A stretch of 63,798 nt of DNA, counting the filler, from Octopus bimaculoides (taxonomy: Eukaryota): NCBI RefSeq assembly GCF_001194135.2. It is 5 parts of 5 records of this genome, joined end to end, with 100 filler letters (N's around TTAATTAATTAA, not from the genome) between each part and the next. Parts side by side here need not be neighbours in the genome. Positions count along the whole stretch, not along the records: positions 1 to 30,978 come from NC_069007.1; positions 31,079 to 59,707 come from NC_068982.1; 3 more parts are not named here. One strand, given 5' to 3'. Under the pieces are notes generated by a model that saw nothing but the letters and a program-made list of their open reading frames with translations, ran no database searches and was not told the origin of the DNA. Position 1 is the stretch's first letter, and every line of letters starts with the position of its first letter. Of the stretch, positions 22,798 through 34,809 are shown one piece after another. A program made the translations under genes and the position numbers.

Positions 22798-24056
22798 CAG
22801 GGTGCGTAAGGTATTTGAAGACCTACCTTTTTGGGGTCATTGCTGCACTTTTTGCTAACTCTGTATAATCTTTGTTTCAGAAAATAATAATGCCAGACCC
22901 TCAGCTTACTCAAGAAATGAAGAGGCATGCTGCTATTGTGGTTATAAAGGCTAAGCATAGCGATTTAGATATATTTCGATTTTTAAAAGTTGCCAGAACT
23001 TTTGTCTGCAAAGTTTGGAAGGAATTAGAGACTGAAGATGGAAATGTATCACCAGTATCAAGGTATAAAAAGCATTCTAAACGCCCTGAAACCATCAGAA
23101 CAACTGAATTTATCCAGCAAGTTCAACAGCCCATTGATTACAATCCCAGAAAGTCCATGAAGTTAATTGTAAAAGATCTCCAACTGTCAGAAGGAACAGT
23201 CAGAAATGTTGTCCACGAAGACATCAGATATAAGTCTTATATGATGAGGAAAGGTCAATTTGTCAGAAAAAGCAAAAGAAAATCACTACATCAGATCTAA
23301 AAGGCTCTTAAACAAACTGAAAAATCCAGCAGAAGAGGATTTGATTTGGTTTTTCTCAAATGAGAAAAACTTCAACCAACATCAAAAAGTTAACAGAAGA
23401 AATGACAGATGGTTATGTGCAGACCCTTCTGAAGTTCCAAGTGTTACGCATATAAAATTTCCTGCAACTGTCAATAGTTTTAGGGGTTGTCAGCAATGAA
23501 GGGCATGTGATGTCTCCTTACTTCTTTCCACAAGGCCTTAGCGTTAAGTCTGCCACCTACATTGAGGTCCTGAAAATAATTGCTAAACCCTGGATAGACA
23601 GTGTATGCAATGGAAGGCCATATGTGTTTCAGTAAGGCTCTGCATTATCACACATGGCTCTAGTAACACAGGAGAGGATGGCTGAAAATTTTCATGATCA
23701 CACAACCCCTAACATTTGGCCTCCTAATTCCCCAGATCTCAATTCATTGGACTATTATATGCGGACCATTGTTGAGAGAGGGGTCAATGAACACGCCCAT
23801 AACACCAAAGATTCTTTGAAAGCTGCCATAGTCAGAGTAATGTCCAAACTGAACCAGGACCCCTTGATTCGAGCATGGAGATGATTTAGATCTCATATAG
23901 AAGCAGTTGTTGAAGCTGAAGGTAGCTTTATTGAATAAGATTATAGAAAAGAAGGTTTAGTTTTATCTTCATAGCATTTTTTGATAAATAAAGTTATTAC
24001 CTGTTATTATATATTTTATAAACATAAATCTGACCTCAAATATCTTATACACCTTG
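22798..24056 (+). mobile_element. Full-length degenerate maT/Bmmar1-like (DD37D) Tc1/mariner transposon
   Basis: TA-CAGGGTGCGTAAGGTATTTGAAG ... CCTCAAATATCTTATACACCTTG-TA. Broken transposase 22890-23938 with WFFSNEKNF, FQ*GSALSH and WPPNSPDLNSLDYY; 37 residues lie between the second and third catalytic positions. Confidence 0.9.
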
Positions 24057-24369
24057 TATATTATCTTAAATGTCAGTTTGGCTGACTCAAAGTAGTCAAT
24101 AGCTTCTTCTACATCAAGGACATAATCAGCAGAAGTCATTCTTCCGAAGGTGTAACACCCAGACTATGAGTAATGGGCAGATAGTATGACACCTGTGATT
24201 GAATTGTAAAGGTAAATGGTAATAAGTCATGGGCCTTCAGTGCAGAAGATTTGTGACAGGTGGAAAAATATAAAACAGCTTATGATGAATGTGTAAAGAC
24301 ACAGTACGTAAATTCCAGAGTACAAATAAGCTGAGAGAAAAGTTGCGCTTCAGAGAAGTCAAGGCGTGT

Positions 24370-24656
24370 TGGCATGGACATGTGATGCATGTGAGAGAGG
24401 ATGGCTGTGTTAGAATGGACATGTCATACATGTGGAAGAGAATGGCTGTGTTGGTATGGGCATGTCATGTATGTGGAAGACGATGGCTGTGTTGGAATGG
24501 ACATGTCATACATGTGGAAGACGATGGCTGTGTTGGTATGGACATGTCATGCATGTGGAAGAGAATGGCTGTGTTGGTATGGGCATGTGATGCATGTGGG
24601 AGAGGATGGCTGTGTTGGAATGGACAAGTCATGCATGTAGAAGACGATGGCTGCAT
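24370..24656 (+). repeat. 41-bp minisatellite x7 embedded in a decayed RTE 3' fragment
   Basis: Unit tggWatggRcatgtSatRYatgtggaagaSRatggctgtgt. Flanks read STNKLREKLRFREVKAC and a decayed GRPRKTW-like segment. Confidence 0.9.
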
Positions 24657-26242
24657 AGTTACGTACAAAGCGTTCTGAGTTAGTGGAAGACAATGACGAA
24701 GGAAAGCTTAAGACAAAGTGGTGAAGGCTGACCAGAAGGTGTCGTATGTCATGGAGAAGATGAGAAAGAATTGTATCAATTAGTGATACATGACGCTGTA
24801 GAAGACCTCATTAAACACATTGAAACATGCATTGAAATGAGGGTAATTAAAGAAACTGGTATAGTTATACACACACACACACACACATATATATAAATAT
24901 ATATATATANNNNNNNNNNNNNNNNNNNNNNNNNNNNNNNNNNNNNNNNNNNNNNNNNNNNNNNNNNNNNNNNNNNNNNNNNNNNNNNNNNNNNNNNNNN
25001 NNNNNNNNNNNNNNNNNNNNNNNNCTGCTATTTCTGAACTTCGGTATATGGTGAAGCAAATATTTGCTGATCCCTTAATTATGTTTATAAATATATATGA
25101 GCTTTTAAATAAGTTCTCCACCAATAATGGTGCTTTCATACCGATGGGCTTGGTAAAAATTATTAATTGTTAATTGATTTATTAATTAATAAATTGGTAA
25201 TCCTTTACCCTTTTAATTTGTAATAATTATATATATATATATATATATATGCTAGTGCTACTGTGGCTATGAAGTTTACTTTCCAAACCCATTACAGTGA
25301 TTTGGTGAATGATTAGATGTAAAGCAAGATCAAAATATCCCTTCGTCCTATCTCACCGATGACTTGACAACCTCCCTAGTGCTGGTGCCATGAAAAATAC
25401 ACCCAGTTCAGAGTGGATGCCAAACAAGTGTAGGGTTATGAGGTCTCTTTTTGTCTTGGCTTAAAGGACTTGTCAAACTTTCTAGAGTTAGTGCCATCAG
25501 AAAATACATCCGGTGTGCATCATAACGTGGTTGGTGATAGTAAAGGCACCCAGCCACAGAAACCAACTAAAAATAACATGTACAAGCTCTAGTCTATGTA
25601 AGTAGTTGCTGGCAAAAAGGACTTGGATCGTGACGACTATCCAATCCATGCCAACATGTACAGCAGACAGAAAATGATGATGATAATGGTGAAACAGAAT
25701 CAAAATTCATGTCAATATTAATATTTCTTTAGGGAGATGTGGCCTCTCACTTCTTCCCTTCAATCTTCTGCTACTTTTCTCACCCTTTTTTTATCGTTCT
25801 TTTCCTATCTTATCTCTCTTTTTCCCTGTTTCTTTGCATTTAAATTTGAATAAAAATCGTTTATTTCTGATAATATGATTCTAAAACGGACTGACATCTG
25901 CTTCACATGTGATGTCAGTAAGCCGCTACACAAAATAATTATCGTCGGTTTGTTCCGATAGAAATGCAACAAATACATGTAGATCCAATTAATAAATAAT
26001 ACATTGTGGTTTTCAAAGTTTCTTTTAAATATATAATATCTATATCAACAAAGATACCAATGGTTAATAGGCCTACCCCGGTACATAGGGATGTCCCTCT
26101 CTCTGACATTAAATAAGGGTATCTCGTATAATGATCTGTCAGTGGCTCTGATGTGTCCTATTCTGTATCTTTTTCTTTCTTTTATCTTACATAAAACGTC
26201 AAAACCAAAACATGTACGCAACTACGCGCGCGCGCACACATA

Positions 26243-26440
26243 CTAGGGGTGCTGAAAAGTTTCTGGCTTTAACGGTGTCGCGAAAGGCCTGGCTGGAGGT
26301 TCGACCCTCCCGAGTTCTTCGCTGAAAGACTGCTGTAATAAGTGTGTGAATCTGAGAGGGGAATACGTTGAATAAAATCATAATTAACTGATCCTCGTGT
26401 TTTCTTTTACGCAAAGCCAGAAACTTTTCAGCACCACTTG
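26243..26440 (+). mobile_element. Mariner-derived MITE
   Basis: TA-CTAGGGGTGCTGAAAAGTTTCTGGCTTT ... AAAGCCAGAAACTTTTCAGCACCACTTG-TA. Retains the mariner C-terminus KCVNLRGEYVE*. Confidence 0.88.
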
Positions 26441-27098
26441 TATATATCATCGAGCAATACGTTACTTTTTCTCACTGATGGACAACTAACCCAAAATATA
26501 CATTAACGTGTGCGTTCCCCAGATTACATAAACGCACAAATCTGTAAATATTGGTTGCAAATGATGGCACAAGGCCAGAAATGTTTGGGAGAAGGGCTAA
26601 GACGATTACATCGATCCCAGTGGACCCCGAAAGAATAAAAGGAAAAGTCAGAAGATAAAGATGACATAAATATATAAATATCTATAATTTATAAAACTTA
26701 CTTCGATCCTCTTTATGAAGATATCACAATATGTTGAAGGAGTCGCTCCGTGTGTCAGCATATAAATAATACTTAAATAATAATAATATAGATTAAGAGT
26801 AAAATAAGTTACATTATTCACTGTGATTTAGATATTACTTTACACAGATAATTACCATTTATATTTAATTAGAGCCCGTTTAATTAGAGTTGTAAAGCAG
26901 AACTAATCAAGCACCTGAAACAAAAGCAGGAAACCGACAGGGGAACTAACTCTAGATATACTTTCGACAAACAGTATCGGTGTAGAGATTTCACATTATC
27001 CCATTCAGCGATTTCCCATTTACTTGAAATTACGTTCGGTTTAGTAGAGAATAGGTTGATAGCGATTTCTGGCGGCTCCCACTTTCATTTCAGATTAT

Positions 27099-27350
27099 GT
27101 GGAGGCGCGCGGCTTAGTGGTTAGGGTGTCAGCATCATGATCGTAAGATTGTGGTTTCGATTCCTGGACAGGGCGATGCGTTGTGTTCTTAAGCAAAACA
27201 CTTCATTTTATGTTGCTCCAGTCCACTCAGATGGCAAAAATGAGTAACGCTGCGATGGACTGGCGTCCCTTCCAGCTGGGGAACACATACGCCATTGAAA
27301 CCGGGCCCATGAACCTGGCTAGGCTTTGATAGGGCGCATTTATTATTATT
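27099..27350 (+). mobile_element. tRNA-derived SINE (family C)
   Basis: A-box ggcttagtggttagg and B-box ggtttcgattcc, then a non-tRNA body and a (TTA)n tail. No acceptor stem or CCA. Confidence 0.8.
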
Positions 27351-27748
27351 ACTTTCATTTCAGATTACCCAACTCAAATCCCGCCCCAAATGTTCGTCGT
27401 TCTTGTAACAAATAAAAGTATTATTATTCTGGCTATCATCATTATCATTACTTTTTTTTTCAGCAACTTAAAATTATAATAACTACCAATAAATTGTTGA
27501 GGGGCTCTGAATTTAAAATCAGTCTCAAGTTACGGTAATATTGACCATCGCAGAAATCTAATTGTTCTAACCATAACCAGCTCCAGTTCCATCTTCAGAA
27601 ACTGGATTCTTACAATGTACAGCTGTGTCTGTTTGGTGCTCAAACCGAATGGCTACTCAGCACAATTTTTTTTTAATCACACACTCTGGCAATGATAACA
27701 CCTCGTTTTTTTACTCAATGTTTTGGCATTGGGGTGTTTGCTGTAGAG

Positions 27749-28128
27749 CAGGGGTTTTCAAACTGTGGTCCCCGGACCACAGGGGGTCCGTGGATATCAA
27801 ATACTTTTTATGGGTAATTTGATTTTATATATGTTTTTTAATCGAAATCTTTTAATTAATAATAAACCTATTTGTTAAATACTGTTAAATAAATAAATGT
27901 AAAAATATATGTTATTTTAAGCAAATACTTATGTATAAATTTCATAAGCGTTTATAAGAGGGTCCCTAAGGTAAAGCCTGAAACATAAAGGGGTCCGCAN
28001 NNNNNNNNNATATATGTTATTTTAAGCAAATACTTATGTATAAATTTCATAAGCGTTTATAAGAGGGTCCCTAAGGTAAAGCCTGAAACATAAAGGGGTC
28101 CGCAAGTCAAAAAGTTTGAAAACCCCTG
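27749..28128. mobile_element. hAT (Charlie-like) MITE with 8-bp TSD
   Basis: TIRs CAGGGGTTTTCAAACT / AGTTTGAAAACCCCTG, with TSD CTGTAGAG at 27741-27748 and 28129-28136. The paralogous site in copy A (about 17311) is empty. Confidence 0.95.
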
Positions 28129-28951
28129 CTGTAGAGGATGGAACTGCTGAGAGACAGCATAGCTGACCCCGGGACATGAGAGTAGTGTTTGCATTGAGGA
28201 ACGATGTCACTGTTATGGGTGTTAAGACACATCGGATATGAAAGTGATTGGCACCATTCTGCGAGAGTAACAGCAAGATGCATTGATTCAGAGACATGTT
28301 TGTATGTTTCAACTCACATCTGGAGAAGTTTAGTCGATGTAGGAGAGATGGTTCATTTATTTGACAGAGGGTGAAATTTAGGTCCTTGGGGTCAGGTTCA
28401 ATCCAGGTCCACAGGTGGATAAAAGCAGGAAGAAATTGCAAAATGAGTGATCCCTATGATTTAGACATTTAGCTGGGTGAAAATGGGGAGCCTGCAGCCA
28501 TCTTAATGGTTAAATGAGGACTTTTCAAAGATATATAAAATTTGAGAGAAAATCCTTTAACTGGAATATATTTTTGTTGATATGACTTTATTTAAAACTT
28601 AACTTTTCATGTAATTGTGAATTTTATAAATATCTATTATATTACTTTATTGACACTTCTTTAAATTAATCATAATCATTTTTAGAAAAGAAATCTAAAA
28701 AAGAAATTAAAAAGAAAATTGCAGTGGAGGTGCTTACTTTGAAACTAATACAAAAAAATGTTCCAATCTCCTGTTTTGATAATAATTACTCTGCTGAAGA
28801 TATTTTCCTACATGAAAAAGCTTGTGTTTAGCTAAATCTTCACTACAAGAGAATGACATATCACAAATTTTGCATCAGCATGGTTTCTCACCTGTATGAA
28901 TGTGTTTGTGACAGATAATGATTCACCAAAGACATCACACTGATATGGTTT

Positions 28952-29470
28952 CTATCCTTTAGGAATGCATTTGTGCCTTGTTAAGAAACCACTTTGGGAA
29001 AATGTTCTGCCACAGATATTACAGTGATATGGTTTCTCACCTGTATGAGTACGTTTATGTCTTGGTACAGTACTGCTGTGAGAGAATGATTTACCACAGA
29101 TATCACACTGATATGGCCTTTCTCCTGTATGAATGCGCTTGTGTCTTGTTAAGAAATCAGTTTGAGAGAATGTTCTCCCACAGATATCACAGTGATATGG
29201 TTTGTCTCCTGTATGAGTGCGATTGTGTCTTCTTAAAGCACCACTTATAGAGAATGATTTACCACAGATATCACAGGGATATGGTTTCTCTCCTGTATGA
29301 ATGCGCACATGTCTTGTTAAGGCATCACTTTTAGGGAAGGATTTGCCACAGACATCACAGTGATATGGCTTCTCTCCAGTATGAATGTCTTTGTGAATTT
29401 TGAGATTGCATTCTTGGGAGGACTTTTCAAATATGCCACAGTCATATGGTTTTTCTGTCACTTTTGGCAT
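28952..29470 (-). CDS. Tandem C2H2 zinc-finger protein ZNF-B (4 intact fingers, first and last degenerate)
   Basis: 172-aa ORF. Finger 1 is CGIF (second Cys lost), fingers 2-5 are canonical, and finger 6 ends HKCIP (last His lost). May be functional or an incipient pseudogene. Confidence 0.85.
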   Translation of the reverse strand: MPKVTEKPYDCGIFEKSSQECNLKIHKDIHTGEKPYHCDVCGKSFPKSDALTRHVRIHTGEKPYPCDICGKSFSISGALRRHNRTHTGDKPYHCDICGRTFSQTDFLTRHKRIHTGERPYQCDICGKSFSHSSTVPRHKRTHTGEKPYHCNICGRTFSQSGFLTRHKCIPKG

Positions 29471-30076
29471 CTCTCAAATAATAATATCTATCTTCTCAGT
29501 TTCTTACCAAATTAATTCCTATGATTCTTCCAATATTACCAGAAAACATGGAGATTAAGTGTGTTTTTACTTCTTTCATTTTTATATTTTAATTATGAAA
29601 ATTTCTCCAAAATTATTGCAGAGAGATAATTTCATCAAACAAGATATTTGTGGCTATCCGAAGATGCTGTGAACTCATATGTAAATTCATCCAAGCTTAA
29701 TTAGAATACAGAATCATCTTTAACACATTCCACACAGTGAACCTGAGAAATATTCCTATTAATCCCAGTTCAGAAGAAATAGTGTACAGTAATTCATCAA
29801 AGATTTATATAGGCAGGGTTACATCTTCCTTTAACCATATGATGATGGGAATGATGTATCAGAAGAATTCTCTTCAGTCAATGTCATCTGATGTTCTGAA
29901 ATAATAGAGAAACAGAATAAAATATGGAGGATAGTGAAGAAAATGAGATTCAACAGTGGAAATTTTACTTTATTTCTATATTGACAAATTGTAGATGTAA
30001 ACTTTCACATGGACAAATGTACTCAATGTATTCTTCTATTTCCAAGATTGCAAGATAAATATATAGGTGTTTCCTG

Positions 30077-30133
<57 letters not shown>

Positions 30134-30932
30134 ATGACAACCATTACCTGAATATATATTTTTGTTCTTTCAATCTACAGAGAAATGGCTAAAATTTGCC
30201 CATATGTTACATATATATTATATGATATCATATGTATANNNNNNNNNNNNNNNNNNNNNNNNNNNNNNNNNNNNNNNNNNNNNNNNNNNNNNNNNNNNNN
30301 NNNNNNNNNNNNNNNNNNNNNNNNNNNNNNNNNNNNNNNNNNNNNNNNNNNNNNNNNNNNNNNNNNNNNNNNNNNNNNNNNNNNNNNNNNNNNNNNNNNN
30401 NNNNNNNNNNNNNNNNNNNNNNNNNNNNNNNNNNNNNNNNNNNNNNNNNNNNNNNNNNNNNNNNNNNNNNNNNNNNNNNNNNNNNNNNNNNNNNNNNNNN
30501 NNNNNNNNNNNNNNNNNNNNNNNNNNNNNNNNNNNNNNNNNNNNNNNNNNNNNNNNNNNNNNNNNNNNNNNNNNNNNNNNNNNNNNNNNNNNNNNNNNNN
30601 NNNNNNNNNNNNNNNNNNNNNNNNNNNNNNNNNNNNNNNNNNNNNNNNNNNNNNNNNNNNNNNNNNNNNNNNNNNNNNNNNNNNNNNNNNNNNNNNNNNN
30701 NNNNNNNNNNNNNNNNNNNNNNNNNTATATATATATATATATATATGCGTATGTATGTATGTATGTATACACACACATACAAACACACACACACATACAA
30801 ACACACACATACATACTTACACACACACACTCACATACATACACACACACTCTCTCGCTCTACCTATCTGTCTATCAATCTATCTATCTGTCTGTCTAGC
30901 TCTCTCTCTTTCTCTCTCTGTCTCACTCTTTC

Positions 30933-30978
<46 letters not shown>

Positions 30979-31078
30979 NNNNNNNNNNNNNNNNNNNNNN
31001 NNNNNNNNNNNNNNNNNNNNNNTTAATTAATTAANNNNNNNNNNNNNNNNNNNNNNNNNNNNNNNNNNNNNNNNNNNN

Positions 31079-31360
31079 TACAGAGGTTTATCCTTGGCTA
31101 GGTATTTCTCCTGCAGCTGTCTTACTAGAAATAAGGCATCAGTAGTGCTTTTACCTGGCACGAACCCAAACTGCATCTCATCTAAATTGATTCGCTCCCT
31201 AATTAGTTGGGCTATGACCCTCTCTGTAACTTTCATAACCTGATCTAACAGCTTGATGCCTCTGTAATTATTTGTATCTAAAGCGTCACCTTTACCTTTG
31301 TAGCAGTTGACTATGATGCTGCTACACCAGTCATTGCGTATGACTCCTTCGTGTATCACC
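31079..31360 (-). mobile_element. RTE-clade reverse transcriptase fragment
   Basis: DWCSSIIVNCYKGKGDALDTNNYRGIKLLDQVMKVTERVI...QFGFVPGKSTTDALFLVRQLQEKY. Confidence 0.92.
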
Positions 31361-33581
31361 TGGTTCGTAATACGGGTGACTAGGCTATAGCCAACACTGC
31401 CAGATATATATATTCCTGGTTTCAGTTAATGGTTTGATAACATCTTCAAAAGTTTTAGCTAATTAAATCAATCTCAATGCTTTATCAGACTGTTATTTTA
31501 TTGATTTGTATTTTCTCAACTACAAAGTTATGGGACATACATTTATCAACTACTGACTAATTTAGCTATTGTCTTGTCTTGTCTAACTGAATAAATCACA
31601 TAACATTGCTTGCTCCAGTTTGCCTGATTTGAAAAAAAAATGTTCTTTTCTAACTTAATATTTGAGAAATTTACAGTTGTAAAGTTATTTCATTATAACA
31701 ATAATTGCATAAAAAATGCATCCCAGTCTAGCATCCTTGGGGGGAAATCATGACTCTAACTGTCTAGTATCCTCTTTCATGTGGAGCCAGGAGACTTATT
31801 TAGTAAAAAAAATCATCTATTTTCAGAGTCTATAATGTAATAATAACTACTGCTAAAGCTTCATATGAACTCCTAATTAAATAACTAATTAAAATTAAAT
31901 GCTAGACTTAAGCCATCAGCTAGTTTAGCACTACCACCTGGCCCTTGAGCGTCTTTAATGGAATTCATTATGTTGCAAATATTTGGGTCAGTTTCTAGTC
32001 TAAGGTTAACCTTCTCTCTTTCTCTCATTAGTTCTGGGAGCCCTGAAATGAACCATGGGTACCATTTTTCCTCCAATGAATAAGACAGTGAAAAAGAAGA
32101 AAAAATATTTATCTACTTTATAATGGTGTTGATATTTCATGGTATAGTAAAAATAATTGGAACGAGAATTTTTTTCTTTTCATATTAAATTTTGCTTTTA
32201 TCTAGATAACATGAGGTTCATTTTTCATAGATGCCATCACTCTTGCTGATTATCACTAAATCTTTATCAGAAATACTTTATCTAAAGCCAAAATTCGTTT
32301 TTCACATGTTCCAGGCAAGTGTTAGTTATTTCATAAGAAAACTTGTTCACAAGCCATAGGTATCAGCAAATAGATACCATGGTGTGATGTTTCAATCATT
32401 ATTTTACTTTTAAATACATTCTGTTTTTAATTTGTAACTTATTTCACTTAGAAGATTATGGAGTTTCAGTAGATACAGCCATGTGGTTGGTAAGCAAGCT
32501 ACTTACCACACAGCCACTCCTGCATCTTGACTGTAATTTGATTATCTGACTATTAGTGCATAAAGTATACAAATGACCCTCAAAAAACTTTCTGTGATTA
32601 AAGTGACCTGCAATGTAATTCGAGTTGACCAGGCCTGGTCTAGATAGGATACAACAAAGATTATAACCTTAGCCAATTTCTGAAAACACAAGTTTAATGA
32701 TATTTGTTTGTTTGATTTATGTCCACTTTCCATGCTAGCCTAGGTTGAAGGAAAATGTTACATGAGGCATAGTTTTACAGTTGGATACTCTTTCTAAGTC
32801 TAACTCTTACTTGTCTTCAAGGAAGGTATCACTTACTTCTACATGGCTTTGAAGGTATGAAGTGCCTGAATGATTTGTTGACATGAGGAAATGACAGCAA
32901 TACTACTCACTGCAATTTCATACATGTAATTGTAGATGTAAGCAAAAAGATGTGCCTTTACCTGAATGTATTCAGTGCATATTTTTTTAAAATTATTTCT
33001 TAAAGTAGCTGTCTTTTGAGCCAGATTGTACACAGTAAGCTATACACCCCCATGTGTGTGTGTGTGTTCAGATAGATACATAAAAAGATAAATAGTTTAA
33101 GAATCTGTAAGTCAGAAAGAATATGGTCCATATATTTGTTGATAGAGTAGGTATATTAATCAGATTGTACAAATTATATATCCATTATGGCAGATTATTT
33201 TTAGCTGACAAAAAAAAAAAAGAACATATTAAAAAACTCAGCACCCAGACATCCACCTAAACTGCAGATATAAGAATTTTAGCCTTTACCCACATGAAAG
33301 AAAGTATATTCTATTGTACCTGTGGGCCCCATCATAACTATAAGCCTCAGTCCTCTACTTTCAGCTTTTCCTGAGAATCCAGCAAAGAGTTTAACCAAAA
33401 CATACACAAACACATATGCACCTTAGTATTCAGACACCCACCGAACATACTCATCCCCATAAAAAAAAATCATACTTATATTAAACATTAGTTTTTTGGT
33501 CGACATACACTTTATTTACTGTACAAAAAGATGTAGTATAGCATAGGTGTCAGGGCAAGATCAGATAATGATCAAGGTGTA

Positions 33582-33700
33582 CTACTCTGGTTGGACATTC
33601 TCCATCTCCTCAACATGATGCTGGATGTCCTTCATAAAAATCAGCCCCTCAAAGTTACCATCTGACAGAATGGCTCTCTTGGCCCTCAAAATATTTTTGC
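33582..33700 (-). pseudogene. hAT transposase C-terminal dimerisation segment (remnant or terminal exon of a domesticated gene)
   Basis: (G)KNILRAKRAILSDGNFEGLIFMKDIQHHVEEMENVQPE* resembles the hAT GNILxxKRxxLSDxNFExLIFLK motif. An AG lies immediately upstream and AATAAA (33511-33516, - strand) 66 nt downstream. Confidence 0.6.
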
Positions 33701-33767
33701 CTTTTTATAAAAAATATTAAGAAATATAAAAAACTAAAACACTAAAAGTAAAAATAATATATATATA

Positions 33768-34262
33768 TATAAAGAATATAAAAGCATGTGTGAAGAAGAA
33801 GAAGAACCACAACAACAAAAGGAAGGAAGAAAGAAGGTGAAGAAAGGGAAGGAGAAGAGTAGAAAGTAAATGAAATCAAGAAAAAATAAATATATAAATA
33901 AAAATAAAATGAAAATTGAAAAACAAACAATTAAAAATAAGATTAATAGTAATTGAGAACAGTAGGGGGAAGTGGTATGTGTGTGTCTGTGTGTATATAT
34001 ATACATCATCTCACTTGTGAGAACTGACCACTCCTAAATTTTCCATTTGGTTATTCTTGATAGACTTAAATCTTTCCTCCACTGTTCTCAATTACTATTA
34101 TTCTTATTTTTTATTTTATTTTTATTTATATATTTATTTTTTCTTGATTTCATTTACTTTTTTCTTTCCTTCTCCTACCCCTTCTTTCTTCCTTCCTTCC
34201 TTTTGTTATTGTTGTTGTTGTTGTTCTTCTTCCTCTTCACACATGCTTTTGTATTCTTTATA
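33768..34262. repeat. Long imperfect inverted repeat (arms about 190-200 bp, spacer about 100 bp)
   Basis: 33768-33970 (aaagaatataaaagcatgtgtgaag...attgagaacagt) is the reverse complement of 34075-34262 (actgttctcaat...cacacatgcttttgtattcttta). Confidence 0.9.
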
Positions 34263-34809
34263 CACACACACACACATATATCTTTTACATTTTTAAATAT
34301 TTTCTTATATTCTTTTCTCTTTTCTGTGTATATTTTTTTGTATGCATACTTGTAAGAAAAACTGTTTTGCTATTTAAGCAACCAGTAAAACAGCTTGAAA
34401 CTCATATCAGAGTAATTCTTTGTAAACATTATTATTAAGATTAAAATAAAAATTATCACCATGAAAAAGCCATCTCTACTCATTCTTTCAAATATATGTA
34501 CAACTGTACCACAAGCTTTCACTTTATTATTCTACACACACACACACATGCATGTACACACACACATATATAAAACAAATAATAAATGAGTATATGCATA
34601 TATACGTACAGGTATGTGCATACCTACGTCTACCTGTATATATAGGTGCATATCTGGGTACAGGACATTGCAAACAAAACGTAGACAAAAAAATAATAAT
34701 AACCAGAATACAGAAAACACACAGGCCACATAGAGAACATTTTCCTTCATCAGCTACCCCCATTCTAACACAGGCGTTTCGAAGAGTTAGGGCATATATA
34801 TATGCATAC

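Larger units (their letters stand above)
27497..30063. repeat. Segmental duplication, copy B (paralogous to 17065-20365)
   Basis: See copy A; same orientation, offset about 10 kb. Confidence 0.92.

Noticed and set aside
24370-24656. CRISPR-like periodicity
   Set aside because: Contiguous tandem units with no unique spacers in eukaryotic DNA: a minisatellite.
27099-27180. tRNA gene-like sequences (also about 1745-1820, 41770-41840, 62104-62175)
   Set aside because: They have A/B boxes but no cloverleaf closure, and they continue into SINE bodies.
27905-28100. About 95-bp direct repeat inside the hAT MITE
   Set aside because: The copies are identical and flank a 10-N gap, so this is an unmerged contig overlap.
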